NCBI RefSeq assembly: GCF_026571515.1
Contig: NW_026864155.1
Location: 310,001 to 374,000 of the forward strand
Direction of reading: 5' to 3'
Source: Ruditapes philippinarum
Lineage: Eukaryota
DNA: 64,000 nucleotides
Shown: piece after piece, positions 1-12,279 of the stretch
How the letters are laid out: each line of letters opens with the position of its first letter
How positions within the stretch are numbered: position 1 is the stretch's first letter
Made by a program: the position numbers and the translations under genes
Notes under the pieces: generated by a model
The model's input: only the letters and a program-made list of their open reading frames with translations
What the model was told of the DNA's origin: nothing
Databases searched by the model: none

Positions 1-2
1 TG

Positions 3-22
3 GCTCTAGAACTAGTGATCCC
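3..22 (+). other. Cloning-vector polylinker remnant (pBluescript-type XbaI-SpeI-BamHI-SmaI half)
   Basis: gctctagaactagtgatccc matches GCTCTAGAACTAGTGGATCCCCC with one G missing. It sits at the very start of the sequence and abuts coding sequence. Confidence 0.75.
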
Positions 23-3000
23 GAAAATTACACGCAGAATGCACCGGATGTACCATATAGACCTCCGAAACCTTTCCCTAAACCAGGTATCAGGTTTCAA
101 CCTTCTCTTTTCTAAATCCACTTGCTTGCATTGTAAATACCGCTAAGACCGGTGTACACAATGACTTGCTTGTACAATAATGCTGTACATAATGTTTATG
201 GCGACGGCTGTCGAATCTTTCTGACGGATTTACGGGATCTGTTAAGCAAAATAAATTGACGTCTTGAGCAAATACTAAGAAACATTTTGTTTTTGGCCAT
301 ATACTTGGTTATGAAATAACATTATATCTCGATTCGGACAACAATTTGTTAGATTAGGGGCCAGGTTTATTATATACTGTCTTTATTTTTTTGTCACTCT
401 GAAAATTATATTGGCATAGCTTAATTATTGCATTGTAGGTCTACGTGCGATGTTAAATATGAAATCTAAATGGCATACCCACATCGTTTATATTAATGAA
501 GTGTGTCCTACTGTGACTTCATGTGGTAAAATCCCTGCACTACGAGTTTGACTTATCTTCTGCTATTTTGGCGCCAAAACGGCACCGTCGTCATTGAAAA
601 TCCGTTATTGACAGATGGATGGTAAAAATATGGCTAATTTTCCGGTTATCCCCTGCAAACCCTTGTGGTTTAGGAAGAAAAGACAGGGGTTATAAATGAT
701 CGGTTCATGGTCGTATAATACTACCATTGTCCTAGAAGATTAATTACTAAATTGCTTAATAAATATGTATTTTTCAACAAGAAAAGAACATTAACATGCT
801 ACAATTTAATATTCCACGCTTATTATTACAGATGATTTGAGTAAACATAAATGGTACCATGGAAACATAGAAAAACATGTGGCTAAAGAGAGATTAAGGG
901 GGGAAGAGGTTAGATTTTTTTTATAAAATTCATTTGTATTTGACTTGGTCTGACTTTTTTTTTTAATTTAAACTAATTAAAAGATGTTGTAATTTTAATA
1001 AGGGATTTTCCAGTGAAAATAAATGAAATTGAACAGCCAGCAGTAAAAGGCGCGCATGAATGCAGTATACATGTGAAATCTTTAAAACAAATTATTACTG
1101 CTGCTGCCACCCAAAGGGTAAAACCTTCTCTTCTGTTTTACACCGAGTAATAATAAACACATTTGTATAATGTATATACAATACAGTAGTCCTTTTTGTC
1201 TAGTTCTTTATTATTCCTTCTGTCGAAGCTCTTAACAAGTTTAGGAACCATAAGGGGCCACTTTTGTGAAGTAATTAAATTTAATAAAAGTACCATTTAA
1301 AAAGAAGCCTTTTCCGTCTCAGCATCAACTTCTCAGTACTATATACTAGCTAATACTGTAATTATCAAATTATTGAATGAAATATTGAATGCATGGTAAG
1401 AGTTCATTTTAAATGTTAAATGTAATTAATATCATTTTAGCATGGGAGTTTCCTGGTGCGGGACTCCTCAAGCAGCAAAGATTCCGCCCATCAGTACACC
1501 ATCGAGTTTATTGACGGAAACGCCGTGAAAAAATTGATGATCATGAAAACGAATAACAAATTTCATTTTTATGAATACGAAGACAAGGTAAATTTTACAC
1601 TAGTCATTTGCATTTGAAATACATATGTAATCCATTCCGTTACTGCAAGAATATCAGTTACCCCAACTTCTTTGACATTTGTGTGAAAGCACTGTTGAAA
1701 TATTTACATTTGGAATTGTATTTGTTTAATTCCTAAATATCCTTACTGATTGGGTGAGAATTACCTCCCTTGATCATTAAGTCTCGTGTTCAAGTAAGTT
1801 GATATGGCTTTTAAGAAAGAGCTCAAATCAGATCAGCTGGACTCCATACCGGCGGCATAAGCTTTTCATTATAGAGAAAGATAAAGGGCAAAGGTCAAGG
1901 TTTGAATGTGCTCATAAACTCATAATATTAAAACTTATACATGTTAAGTCAGATGGCTAACAGTATGATATCTGGCAAGTTATTGGCACTCGATCAAGCT
2001 TTTAGCATTTAAAGAATAACTAGGAATAAAGTTAGACCTGTGCTGGAGAACATCTCCAAGAAAAGATCACACTTTAGATAAATGCCACTCCTTGACCTGC
2101 TTTCATTATTTAATAAGAACAGTTTATAACCTCAAATATTAAGCACTTGTCTAAAAAGGTCATGTTTGGTTTCTGCTTTGGATGGCTTTTGTTCACAGAT
2201 TTGGCTGTATAGTAATTTGCTGGATTCGTTTTTTAGCTCACCTGTCACAAAGTGATAGGGTGAGCTTTTGTGATCGCTTTTCGTCCTGCGTCCATCCGTC
2301 CGTAAACTTTTGCTTTAAATGACATCTCCTCATAAACCACTGAGCCAATTTCATCCAAACTTTACAGGAATGTTCCTTTGGTGGTCACCTTTAAAAATTG
2401 TTCAAAGAATTTAATTCCATGCAGAACTCTGATTGCCATGGCAACCGAAAGAAAAATCTTTAATATCTTCTTTTAAACAACCCTAAGAGCTAGAGCTTAG
2501 ATATTTGGCATGAAACATCTTCTAGTGAGTGTCTACCAAGTTTGTTCAAATAAAAGCCCTGTGGTCAAAATTGGCCCCGCCCCAGGGGGTCATTGATTTT
2601 CCCTATATGCATATAGTAAAAACTAAATAAAAAAAATCTTCTTTTAAAGAACCCAAAGAGCTAGAGCTAAGATATTTGGCATGAAACATCTTCTAATGAG
2701 TGTCTACCAAGTTTGTTCAAATAAAAGCCCTGGGTTCAAAATTGGCCCCGCCCCAGGGGGGTCATTGATTTTCCCTATATGCATATAGTAAAAACTTAAA
2801 AAATCTTCTTTTAAAGAACCCAAAGAGCTAGAGCTAAGATATTTGGCATTTTTCATTTTCTAGTGAGTGTCTACCAAGTTTGTTCAAATAAAAGACCTGG
2901 GTTCAAAATTGGCCCCGCCCCAGGGGAGTCATAGATTTTCCCTATATGCATATAGTAAAAACTTAAAAAATCTTCTTTTAAAGAACCCAAAGAGCTAGAG

Positions 3001-3830
3001 CTAAGATATTTGGCATTTTACATCTTCTAGTGAGTGTCTACCAAGTTTGTTCAAATAAAAGACTTGGGGTCAAAATTGGCCCCGCCCCAGGGGGTCATTG
3101 ATTTTCCCATTATGCATATTGTAAAACTTAAACAATCTTCTTTTAAAGAACCCAAAGAGCTAGAGCTAAGATATTTATCATGAAACATGTTCTAATGGGT
3201 GTCTACCAAATTTGTTCAAATAAAAGCCCCAGGGTCAAAATTGGCCCTGCCCCGGGGGTCATTGATTTTCCTTTTTTGTGTATAGCAAAAACTTAAAAAT
3301 CTTCTTTGAAAAAACCCAAATAGCTAGAGTTTAGAGATTAAGCATGAAACATCTTTTAGTAAATATCTACAAAGTTTGTTCAAATAAAATCCCGGGGTCA
3401 AAACTGGCCCTGTCCCAGGGGTGTCATTGTTTTAACTATATGTGTATAGTAAAAACTTAAAAAATCTTCTTTTAAAAAAACCAATGAGCTAGAACTTAGA
3501 TGTTTAGCATGAAACATGTTCTTATGGGTGTCTACCAAGTCTGTTCAAATAAACAAATAAAAGCCCTTGGGTAAAAATTGGCCCGAGGGGGTGGAGGGGA
3601 GCTATAATTGTACAGGTGAGCGACCTCAGGGCCATCATGGCCCTCTTGTTTTTATTTGTGATTTTTATTTTTCAGAAATTTAAACTTTTGGTTATTTGTG
3701 ATTTTTATTTTTTCAGAAATTTGACCTCGTGGAACATCTGATAAATACAATAATGACAAGTGGGTTGGAGGTCAAAGACAGCAGGTGTGACTGGAAAAAT
3801 ATCAAAGTGAAACCAGTGCCACACCCTTAA
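23..3830 (+). CDS. 3' part of a Pro-rich, C-terminal SH2-domain adaptor-like protein (5' truncated)
   Basis: Exons <23-86, 832-908, 1441-1587 and 3717-3830, all GT-AG and phase-consistent (1,0,0). Translation: ENYTQNAPDVPYRPPKPFPKPD-DLSKHKWYHGNIEKHVAKERLRGEE-HGSFLVRDSSSSKDSAHQYTIEFIDGNAVKKLMIMKTNNKFHFYEYEDK-KFDLVEHLINTIMTSGLEVKDSRCDWKNIKVKPVPHP*. WYHG and GSFLVRDS are SH2 hallmarks. Confidence 0.85.
2231..3650 (+). mobile_element. Non-autonomous Helentron/HINE-like element with internal ~175-bp tandem array
   Basis: 5' TTTTAGCTCACCTG with hairpin, short (CCGT)n, about 6 copies of a ~175-bp unit, subterminal inverted repeat CAGGTGAGC and 3' hairpin AGGGCCATCATGGCCCT followed by CTTGTT. Lies in the last intron of the SH2 gene. 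Confidence 0.8.
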
Positions 3831-4186
3831 TAATTATGGTGGATCAACACTTGTTTCTCCAACAATTACCAGCTATGGTGGTGTATAAATTATTCATTGG
3901 ATTAAGAAGAGCTTCAGATTACTCCCTTAACTTAAAGTTATTTTTCCACAAGAAAAACACCTTTGTTAATTTTGCTTGGATTTAATAAGTGCATTTTACT
4001 TTACATACGAGGGTTTTTTGGACAACCCTCGTAGTGTCATCATACTCATTGTTTTAAATCACAGTTTGAAAAATACAAATATGCAATATATGGTAAAAAC
4101 AACAACAACAGAACACAAATATACTCGAGGCATATTTGACATTATGCTTATTTTTAATCATAAAACATTAATGGAGCCATTCAACA

Positions 4187-5115
4187 TGGAGATAATGGTT
4201 TCAAGTCCTACTGATTGGTTCAACTTCAAGCCCTTTTGGTTTTACAGAGATAATGGGCTTAAGCCCTTCTGGTTTTACAGAGATAATGGTTACAAGCCCT
4301 ACAGGTTTAAGAGAAATAATGGGTCCAAGCCTAGAGATAATGGGTCCAAGTCCTACTGGTTTTACAGAGATAATGGGTCTAAATCCTACTGGTTTCACAG
4401 AGATAATGGGTCCAAGCCCTACTGGTTTCACAGATATAATGGGCCACAGCCCTACTGGTTTCACAGATATAACGGGTTCAAGCCCTACTGGTTTCACAGA
4501 GATAATGGGTTAAAATTCCACTGGTTCCACAGAGATAAGGGGTCCAAATCCTACTGGTTTCACAGATATAATGGGCCACAGCCCTACTGGTTTCACAGAT
4601 AAAATGGGCCACAGCCCTACTGGTTTCACAGAGATAATGGGCCACAGCCCTACTGGTTTCACAGAGATAATGGGCCACAGCCCTACTGGTTTCACAGATA
4701 TAATGGTTCAAGCCCTACTGGTTTCACAGAGATAATGGGTTAAACTCCTACTGGTTCCACAGAGATAATGGGTCCAAATCCTACTGGTTTCACAGATATA
4801 ATGGGCCACAGCCCTACTGGTTTCACAGATATAATGGGCCACAGCCCTACTGGTTTCACAGAAATAATGGGTTCAAGCCCCACTGGTTTCACAGAGATAA
4901 TGGGTTCAACTCCTACTGGTTCCACAGAGATAATGGGTCCAAATCCTACTGGTTTCATAGATATAATGGGTCCAAGCCCTACTGGTTTCACAGATAAAAT
5001 GGGCCACAGCCCTACTGGTTTCACATAAATAATGGGTTCAAGTCCTACAAGCTGCACAGAGATAATGGGTCACAGCCCTACAAGCTGCACAGAGATAATG
5101 GGTCACAGCCCTACT
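4187..5115. repeat. 30-bp minisatellite (consensus ~GAGATAATGGGTYCAAGCCCTACTGGTTTCACA-like)
   Basis: About 30 degenerate tandem units; these explain ORFs 3976-5292. Confidence 0.95.
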
Positions 5116-5537
5116 ATTGCCCTACGTAAGTTTTTCATATTTATACCCTCAAAAGTGACAATGGACAGTTCCAAAAATAGAAGCTGGACAAGTCCATTTA
5201 GGAAATTTAGCAGGTCAAGGGTCAAATGCCTTTATTTAGCCAATTTAGCAGACCACAAATGCTCATCTGAAGTCAATGTGTGTTCTTTATAGAGGGTAGT
5301 AAAACAGGATTATATTGTTTTAATAGTTGCTTTGGAAAGTGTTTGCAATCTCAAAATATTTGTATATACATCATTAAATGATTATGATATTAAATGGCAT
5401 TGTGTATAAAACATAGATTATCAATTAGCATTGACAACTCAACAATTATATATGCATTTAATTATATGCCATATGTAAATAAAAAGTGATTTTACCTATA
5501 ACATTTTCTTTCAATCTATTCAGAGCTGGTTTATCAG

Positions 5538-7277
5538 CTTTCCTGCCATGTTACACAGTTTTCCTGTCATGTTACACAGTTTTCCTGTCATGTAACAGTT
5601 TGCCTGTCATGTAACATAGTTTTCCTGTCATGTTTCAGTTTCCCTGTCATTTTACACAGATTTCCTGTCATGTTACACAGTTTTCCTGTCATGTTACACA
5701 GTTATCCTGTCATGTTACACAGTTTTCCTATCATGTGACACAGTTTTCCTGTCATGTTCCACAGTTTTCCCGTCATGTTACAGTTTTCCTGTCATATTAC
5801 ACAGATTTCCTGTCATGTTACAGTTTTCCTGTCATGTTACACAGTTTTCCTGTCATGTTACAGGTTTCCTGTCCTGTTACACAGTTTTCCTGTCATAAAA
5901 CACAGTTTTCCTGTCATGTTACCAGTTTTCTTCATATTACACATTTCCTACACATGTTACAGTTTTCCTGTCATGTTACACAGTTTTTCCTGTCATGTTA
6001 CAGGTTTTCCTTCATGTTACAGCAGTTCTTGTCAATTTCCTGTCATAAAACACAGTTTTTCTGTCATGTTACACAGTTTTTCCTGTCATGTTACACAGTT
6101 TTCTGTCATGTTACAACTTTCCTGTCATGTTACACAGTTTTTCTGTCATGTTACACATTTTTCCTGTCATGTTACACAGTTTTTCTGTCGTGTTACATAG
6201 TTTTTCTGTCATGTTACACAGTTTTCCTGTCATGAAACACAGTTTTCCTGTCATGTTACACAGTTTTCCTATCATGTTACAGTTTTCCTGTCATGTTACA
6301 GTTTTCCTGTCATGTTACACAGTTTTCCTGTCATGTTACACAGTTTTTCTGTCATGTTACACAGTTTTCCTGTCATGTTTCAGTTTTCCTGTCATGTTAC
6401 AGGTTTCCTGTCATGTTACACAGTTTTCCTGTCATGTTACAACTTTTTTTGTCATGCTACACAGTTTTCCTGTCATGTTACACAGTTTTCCTGTCATGTT
6501 ACAGTTTTCCTTCATGTTACAGGTTCTTGTCATTTCCTGTCATGTACACAGTTTTCCTGTCATGTTACAGTTTTCCTGTCATGTTCCACAGTTTTCCTGT
6601 CATGTTACAACTTTCCTGTCATGTTAACAGTTTTTCTGTCATGTTACACAGCGTTTTTCCTGTCATGTTACACAGTTTTTTTCTGTCGATTTTACACAGT
6701 TTTCCGGTCATGAAACACATTTTTACTGTCATGTTACACAGTTTTTACTTGTAATGTTACACCAGTTTTCATTGTCATGTTACACAGTTTTTCTGTCATG
6801 TTACAGTTTTCCTGTCATGTTCACAGTTTTCCCGTCATGTTACAGTTTTCCTGTCATATTACACAGATTTCCTGTCATGTTACAGTTTTCCTGTCATGTT
6901 ACACAGTTTTCCTGTCATGTTACAGGTTTCCTGTCCTGTTACACAGTTTTCCTGTCATAAAACACAGTTTTCCTGTCATGTTACACAGTTTTCCTGTCAT
7001 GTTACACAGTTTTCCTGTCATGTTATTAGTTTTCCTGTCATGTTTACACAGTTTTCCTGTCATGTTACAGAGATGTCCTGTCATGTTCCACAGTTTTTCC
7101 TGCCATGTTACACAGATTTCCTGCCATGTCACAGTTTTCCTGTCATATTACATAGATTTCCTGTCATGTTTAACAGTTTTCCTGCCATGTTACACAGTTA
7201 TCCTGTCATGTTACAGTTTTCCTGTCATGTGTTACAGTTTTCCTGTCATGTTACACAGATTTCCTGTCATGTTACAC
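5538..7277. repeat. 19-22-bp minisatellite (GTTACACAGTTTTCCTGTCAT)
   Basis: About 1.7 kb of tandem units; these explain ORFs 5630-7420. Confidence 0.95.
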
Positions 7278-7685
7278 CAGCAAGCAGGAGGTTAAGAGGT
7301 GATTGCTTACATTTTGTATCTACACCCCCTGATTTAGTGAAACTTAACATGCATTGTTCTTTCATAACGGTACCTTTTATTTATCATATTTATAATTCTC
7401 GTCAAAATACAAAGAAATGATCTGCGCATTTACGGACAGCATACTATCATTTTATACCTTATAAGAAATTTCTTTTTTAGAAAAACAACACAGGAAAATT
7501 TTTGCACCAAATTATTTCTGTATTTGTAAATAAAAAAAAATGAAAATAAACAGAATAAAACAAATATTTACAGTCAAACTGTATCAAACTATAGACTGAA
7601 ATGAGCGAACTTTTCATCTGACATACATTAAACATGCAACACTGACATAAAGAATAAATTGGCATAATGAGCGCTCAACTAAATA

Positions 7686-7921
7686 TGAGCCGCATCACGA
7701 CAAAACCAACGGAATGCGTTGCAACCAGCATGAATCACGACCAGCCTGCGCAACTGCGCAGTCTGATCAGGATCCATGCTGTTCGCTTACAAACCCTATA
7801 ACAAGTAGAGAAACTGATAGTGAGCAGCATGGATCCTGATCAGTCTGTGTGGATGCGCAGGCTGGTCTGGATCCATGCTGGTCGCAAACGCATAACGTTG
7901 GTTTTGTCGTGACGCAACTCG
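7686..7921. mobile_element. ~240-bp palindromic MITE, family A
   Basis: Ends TGAGCCGC...ACAAAACCAAC / GTTGGTTTTGTC...GCAACTC with internal nested GCATGGATCC/GGATCCATGC inverted repeats. Five copies in the window. Confidence 0.85.
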
Positions 7922-9256
7922 ATTACATTGAGTACAAGTACAACCATTCTGTTATGAACATTCAAAATGAAAATAATTCTTTCTAATCCCTACCTATAAT
8001 TAGAATAGCAAATTTTAGATCCTCACAAAGGGAAGTAATTCAGTACAATTCATAACTAGAGTTATTTGTCTTGCTCAACACACTACAATTATACTCATAA
8101 CAACTCGGCTTTCTCATACAACTTCTTGAAGTCGCCCAGGATGTTCAAAGTGATATGATTACGGGCCCAAAGATATGTACATGTATTGAGTTCAGAGTAA
8201 GTAACTTTGTTGGCTGTAAATATTAAGCTTTGTCAAGTGTTACACAAAGTCAGAGCAAGTAGAATAGTACGACAATTCTTTAGCCAAAAATATTTTAACA
8301 TAAAATCTCTCTTTCACATTAATATAAAGCATTTATAAAAACAATTACATAGACCATAATGTACATGCATATACAAATCGGGACAGTATTGCATTTATTA
8401 TTTTGTTGTTTATATAATCATAATGTAAGTAAATTTGACAAACCATCAACACTAAACAAACTGATGTCATGCAGGGTGCCACAGTAAGAATCTAACAGTA
8501 AATCAGATCTGTCAGACCTGCCTCTATATATCGGCGGCATAGGTAAATCAATATCACAATAGGTATTCAAAAGGAGTTAATTTACTTTAAACCTTACTAC
8601 ATGTGCCATGCTAAATAGCTTACATATATTTATTCATCTTTCAATCTAGACAAAACCATTCATCATTTTAGTGACATTTTTTAAGTAAGAACTGATTAAA
8701 CAGCGAACAGTGCAGGCCATGATCAGATGGCAAGCAAGTGTTGACTGACCCTGACCTGCAATGCTTGCATGGAATGATTTAGTTACCCCTAGCAGGCTAA
8801 GAGTTCAACACATCCATTATGGCTCAAATGTTGTGAAAGCTTGACCATTATTTAAACCACTCTCATGTCCAATTCCTTTTACATTCTAGTACATACTGCA
8901 CTGGTGTCAAAACAGGAAACAACAAGGTCAGGACCAAGTAAGGCTTAAACCTATGACCCTTGTGTTGAGTGGTAGTCATAACTCAGGCCAGTACATAAAC
9001 ATTTTAAGACATCTAGATCTATTTTACTTTACAAAACCTGAGTAAACCACATATTCTTTGCATGTGTGAAATTAGGAAACCAAGGTATAAGACATAAGAG
9101 TTTATTAGACATTAATTTTTTTTATTAAAGTTATACACAAATTTATTCAATGAAGACATTTCCTTCAATCTTAAATTGGCTTTGACCTTTGAAGTAAAAA
9201 AATGTGAAAATTTGGCAACATTTAAGTGTACAAAATAGAAACACTGTTTCACTTTA

Positions 9257-9606
9257 GGCCATCCTTAAAAAAATTTTTGTTTGCAGTAACGCGACCGACT
9301 CACAAAATTTGCCCCTACTCAAAATTTTTTTTCATGGTCTGGATAATTTTTTTTTTTTTTGAATCAGAAAATTATGCCTTGTGCTTTGTTTTCGTTCTTT
9401 TAAAGGTTAATAGAAGAAATAAAATGTAGGTCTTATTAAATTAATTGTTACCAGATTATCAAAGCATATATTGTCCAGCATTTTGAAATTCCATGCTTAT
9501 TTGGGAGAACAGTTCAATAAAAAAAAAAAAAAAAAATCGACCTACCTACCCACCTTGAAAATTCTGGGTCGGGTTACTGCAAACAAACATTTTTTTAAGG
9601 ATGGCC
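9257..9606. mobile_element. MITE with ~40-bp TIRs and TTA TSD (PIF/Harbinger-Tourist-like)
   Basis: TTA|GGCCATCCTTAAAAAAA...GTTTGCAGTAAC ... GTTACTGCAAAC...TTTTTTTAAGGATGGCC|TTA. Confidence 0.8.
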
Positions 9607-10449
9607 TTATGATGAATATGTTATAAACTGTACGAGAATCTGAACCTCAAACTTATTCATTACAAAGTGGGTTATCGAATTGTATAAAATCTGAACAATG
9701 AATTCCAACATTAACAAGAATAACATTTTAGACCCTCAAACAGAAGCATACCGTTACAAAATATTCAAAGTCAGCTTTTTCACAGGTAAGGAAGGTCCTA
9801 ACCTAATCATTATTTACATTGGACAGACGAATGTTTGGAAAACTGCACATTAAAACAATTTTTGAGGACTAAAGAAGAAAAAAAGTCCTGAGAACTTCTT
9901 ACTTGTTGAAGTGAATAATCATTCATACAACTTTGCCTTCATTAAAGTGGATATTAGTGTATTCAAAATACAATAACTTATTATTATATTACACACATGT
10001 ATGTTTTAATTATTTTCTCTGCTTTTTATTTGTTTGTTATTGCACCACAAGAAGAGCATACATTAGCACTTCAGTTACTGGTAAGGAATTCGGTGCCTCT
10101 GCTTTTCAGCACAAAGCACCGAGAGCCTGTCATTCTAAGCTGCTAGTTTCTGCAAACACCACATACAAGTTGCTGCAGCCTAGCAGTGAAGATGTTAGCT
10201 TATTAATAATAAATATGCAAATAAAACAGCACCATAAAATTCTATCTTTATGTAAATAAAGCATTTTCTTCTTCAAGCAACAGAACCAGATGAATAAAAC
10301 ACAATTTACAAATATTTTGTTCATGCTTTAATGCAACAGTGAAACATGCAAATTATAAAAAAACACTACTATTCTTAATAAACAAAATAGAGCACATATA
10401 TTTGTTATCATATACTGAAGCAACTTAAATTTGCTCACTTAACAATAAA

Positions 10450-11448
10450 AAGTAGGACCATTTTAGGCCCTCAGTCAACGCCTACCCTTATGTATATTCA
10501 TAGTCGCTTTTCACAGGTAAGCGGAAGGGTCCAATTAAACCAGGTTTTAATTTGAAACAAACTGTGTAAGGAACCCATAGAAACTGCATGAATTTACATT
10601 TTTCTAAACTTAAGTTGCTAAAAACAAATACCCCTCCCACTCCTGGCAGCAATTCTAACAAGGCTTTTTGAAGTTTTACTATACAATCATAGTAAAAACA
10701 ATTAAACCTGGTGGGCCATTTTTCAAGGTTTGTATTTGAACAAATTTGAGACAATTACTAGCAGATGTTTACATGTTTAATACTAAACTTAGTATTTGGG
10801 TTTTTCAAAGAAGATTTTTCAAGTTTTTGCTAAACATATAAGGAATCAATGACCCGGCGGGCCATTTTGACCCAGGGCTTTTATTTGCACACAGAACTTG
10901 GTAGCATTACCATTTAGAACATGTTTCATGCTAAATATCTTAGCTCTAGCTCTTTGAGTTCTTTAAAAAAGATTTTTTAATGCATATAGGGAAAATCAAT
11001 GACCCCTGGGCAGGGCCAATTTTGACCAGGCTTTTTTTAACAACTTGGTGACACCCATAGAACATGTTCATGCTAAATATCTTAGTCTACCTTTGTTCTT
11101 AAAAGAAGATTTTTAAGTTTTTACTATATGCATATAGGAAAATCAATACCTGGGCGCCAATTTTGACCCCAGGAGCTTTTATTAACATCACTAAAGATCG
11201 TTTCATGCCAAATATTAAGCTCTAGCTCTTGGTTTTTAAAAGAAGATATTTAAAAAATATCTTTCGGTTCCATGGCAATGATTCTGCATGAAATTAAATT
11301 CTAACAATTTTTCAAATGACACAATGGAACATCCTGTAGTTTGATGAAATGCTTAGTGGTTCTATAGAGATTCATTTAGAGAAAAGTTTACAAGCCGTAC
11401 GAAAACGTCACAAAGCTACCCTGTCACTTTGTGACAGGTGAGCTAAAA
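10450..11448 (-). mobile_element. Second, inverted and degraded copy of the HINE-like element at 2231-3650
   Basis: CTGTCACTTTGTGACAGGTGAGCTAAAA at 11421-11448 is the reverse complement of the 5' end. The same ~175-bp unit appears reversed, with many small deletions. Left boundary approximate. Confidence 0.75.
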
Positions 11449-12279
11449 ATAACATTATACATTATTACAAAGCGCCTTTAAATGCTTTATCCCTCAAGTC
11501 TATTCTATAAATAGTAACTACAATGTTACATCCCATTACAACCGTAAATGAAAATTCCCCTCTCGTTGGATTAATCCCATTAAAATCCCATACAATAATT
11601 TATATTTCTCCAAACTTCTATTATGGCTAAATCACAACATCTAAATCCCCCCTTTCATCATAAAACTTTAGTTTTAAAACCAGTCTAAAAAAGCAAGTAT
11701 CTTATTGGTTGAATCAGAATAGAGATTTGAAATTGGCCAATGGCAGTAAAGTGTTAGTAGACTGACTTCCTGTCTGTGTTCCACTTACATGATGATTTTC
11801 CAAAGAAAAAAATCAGTGTTCCAAAATATCAGTGCTTAAATTACATACTTTTAAGATTTGGCACATTAATAACTTAGTAAAAAAAATTTGCACCAGAATG
11901 TCAATTGTGAACTTTTCATTTTGATTTTCTAAAAAAAAACGTAATTTCTTTGGTCATGTTAAGGGTAATGATAATGCAAATATATTTATATATTTATAAA
12001 TAAAGGTACATGCTTTACATGAAATACGTGAATCTTCTGATAAAAATTAACGCAATATATATCAAAACAAGCTTGCATAAGTTGATTTTACATGTATCAT
12101 ATATTTCTATACAGCTATAGACAAAATTTATAAACTTTGTTATTTCACAGGCTATGAATTGGAGGGATATCTAATACAATTTAAATGTGAATATGGCATC
12201 ACAAAAAATTGGGCAAATCATAAAATAAATGGTTTTCTTAAATCTCATGCAAATGTTTTTAAAACTACACAAAACCTCC

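Noticed and set aside
615-695. Short ORF MDGKNMANFPVIPCKPLWFRKKRQGL after an AG, as a possible SH2-gene exon
   Set aside because: The available donor is weak and phase 2, incompatible with the phase-1 exon at 832. The exon ending at 86 fits directly.
3976-5292. ORFs with (KPYWFHRDNG)n or (MGPSPTGFTEI)n repeats
   Set aside because: Products of a 30-bp satellite that is open in several frames and strands and broken by indels; no splice or start context.
4187-7277. CRISPR-like appearance of the regular repeats
   Set aside because: Head-to-tail units without unique spacers, no cas genes, eukaryotic context.
5630-7420. Overlapping Cys/His-rich ORFs
   Set aside because: Stop-poor 19-22-bp satellite with constant frame switching.
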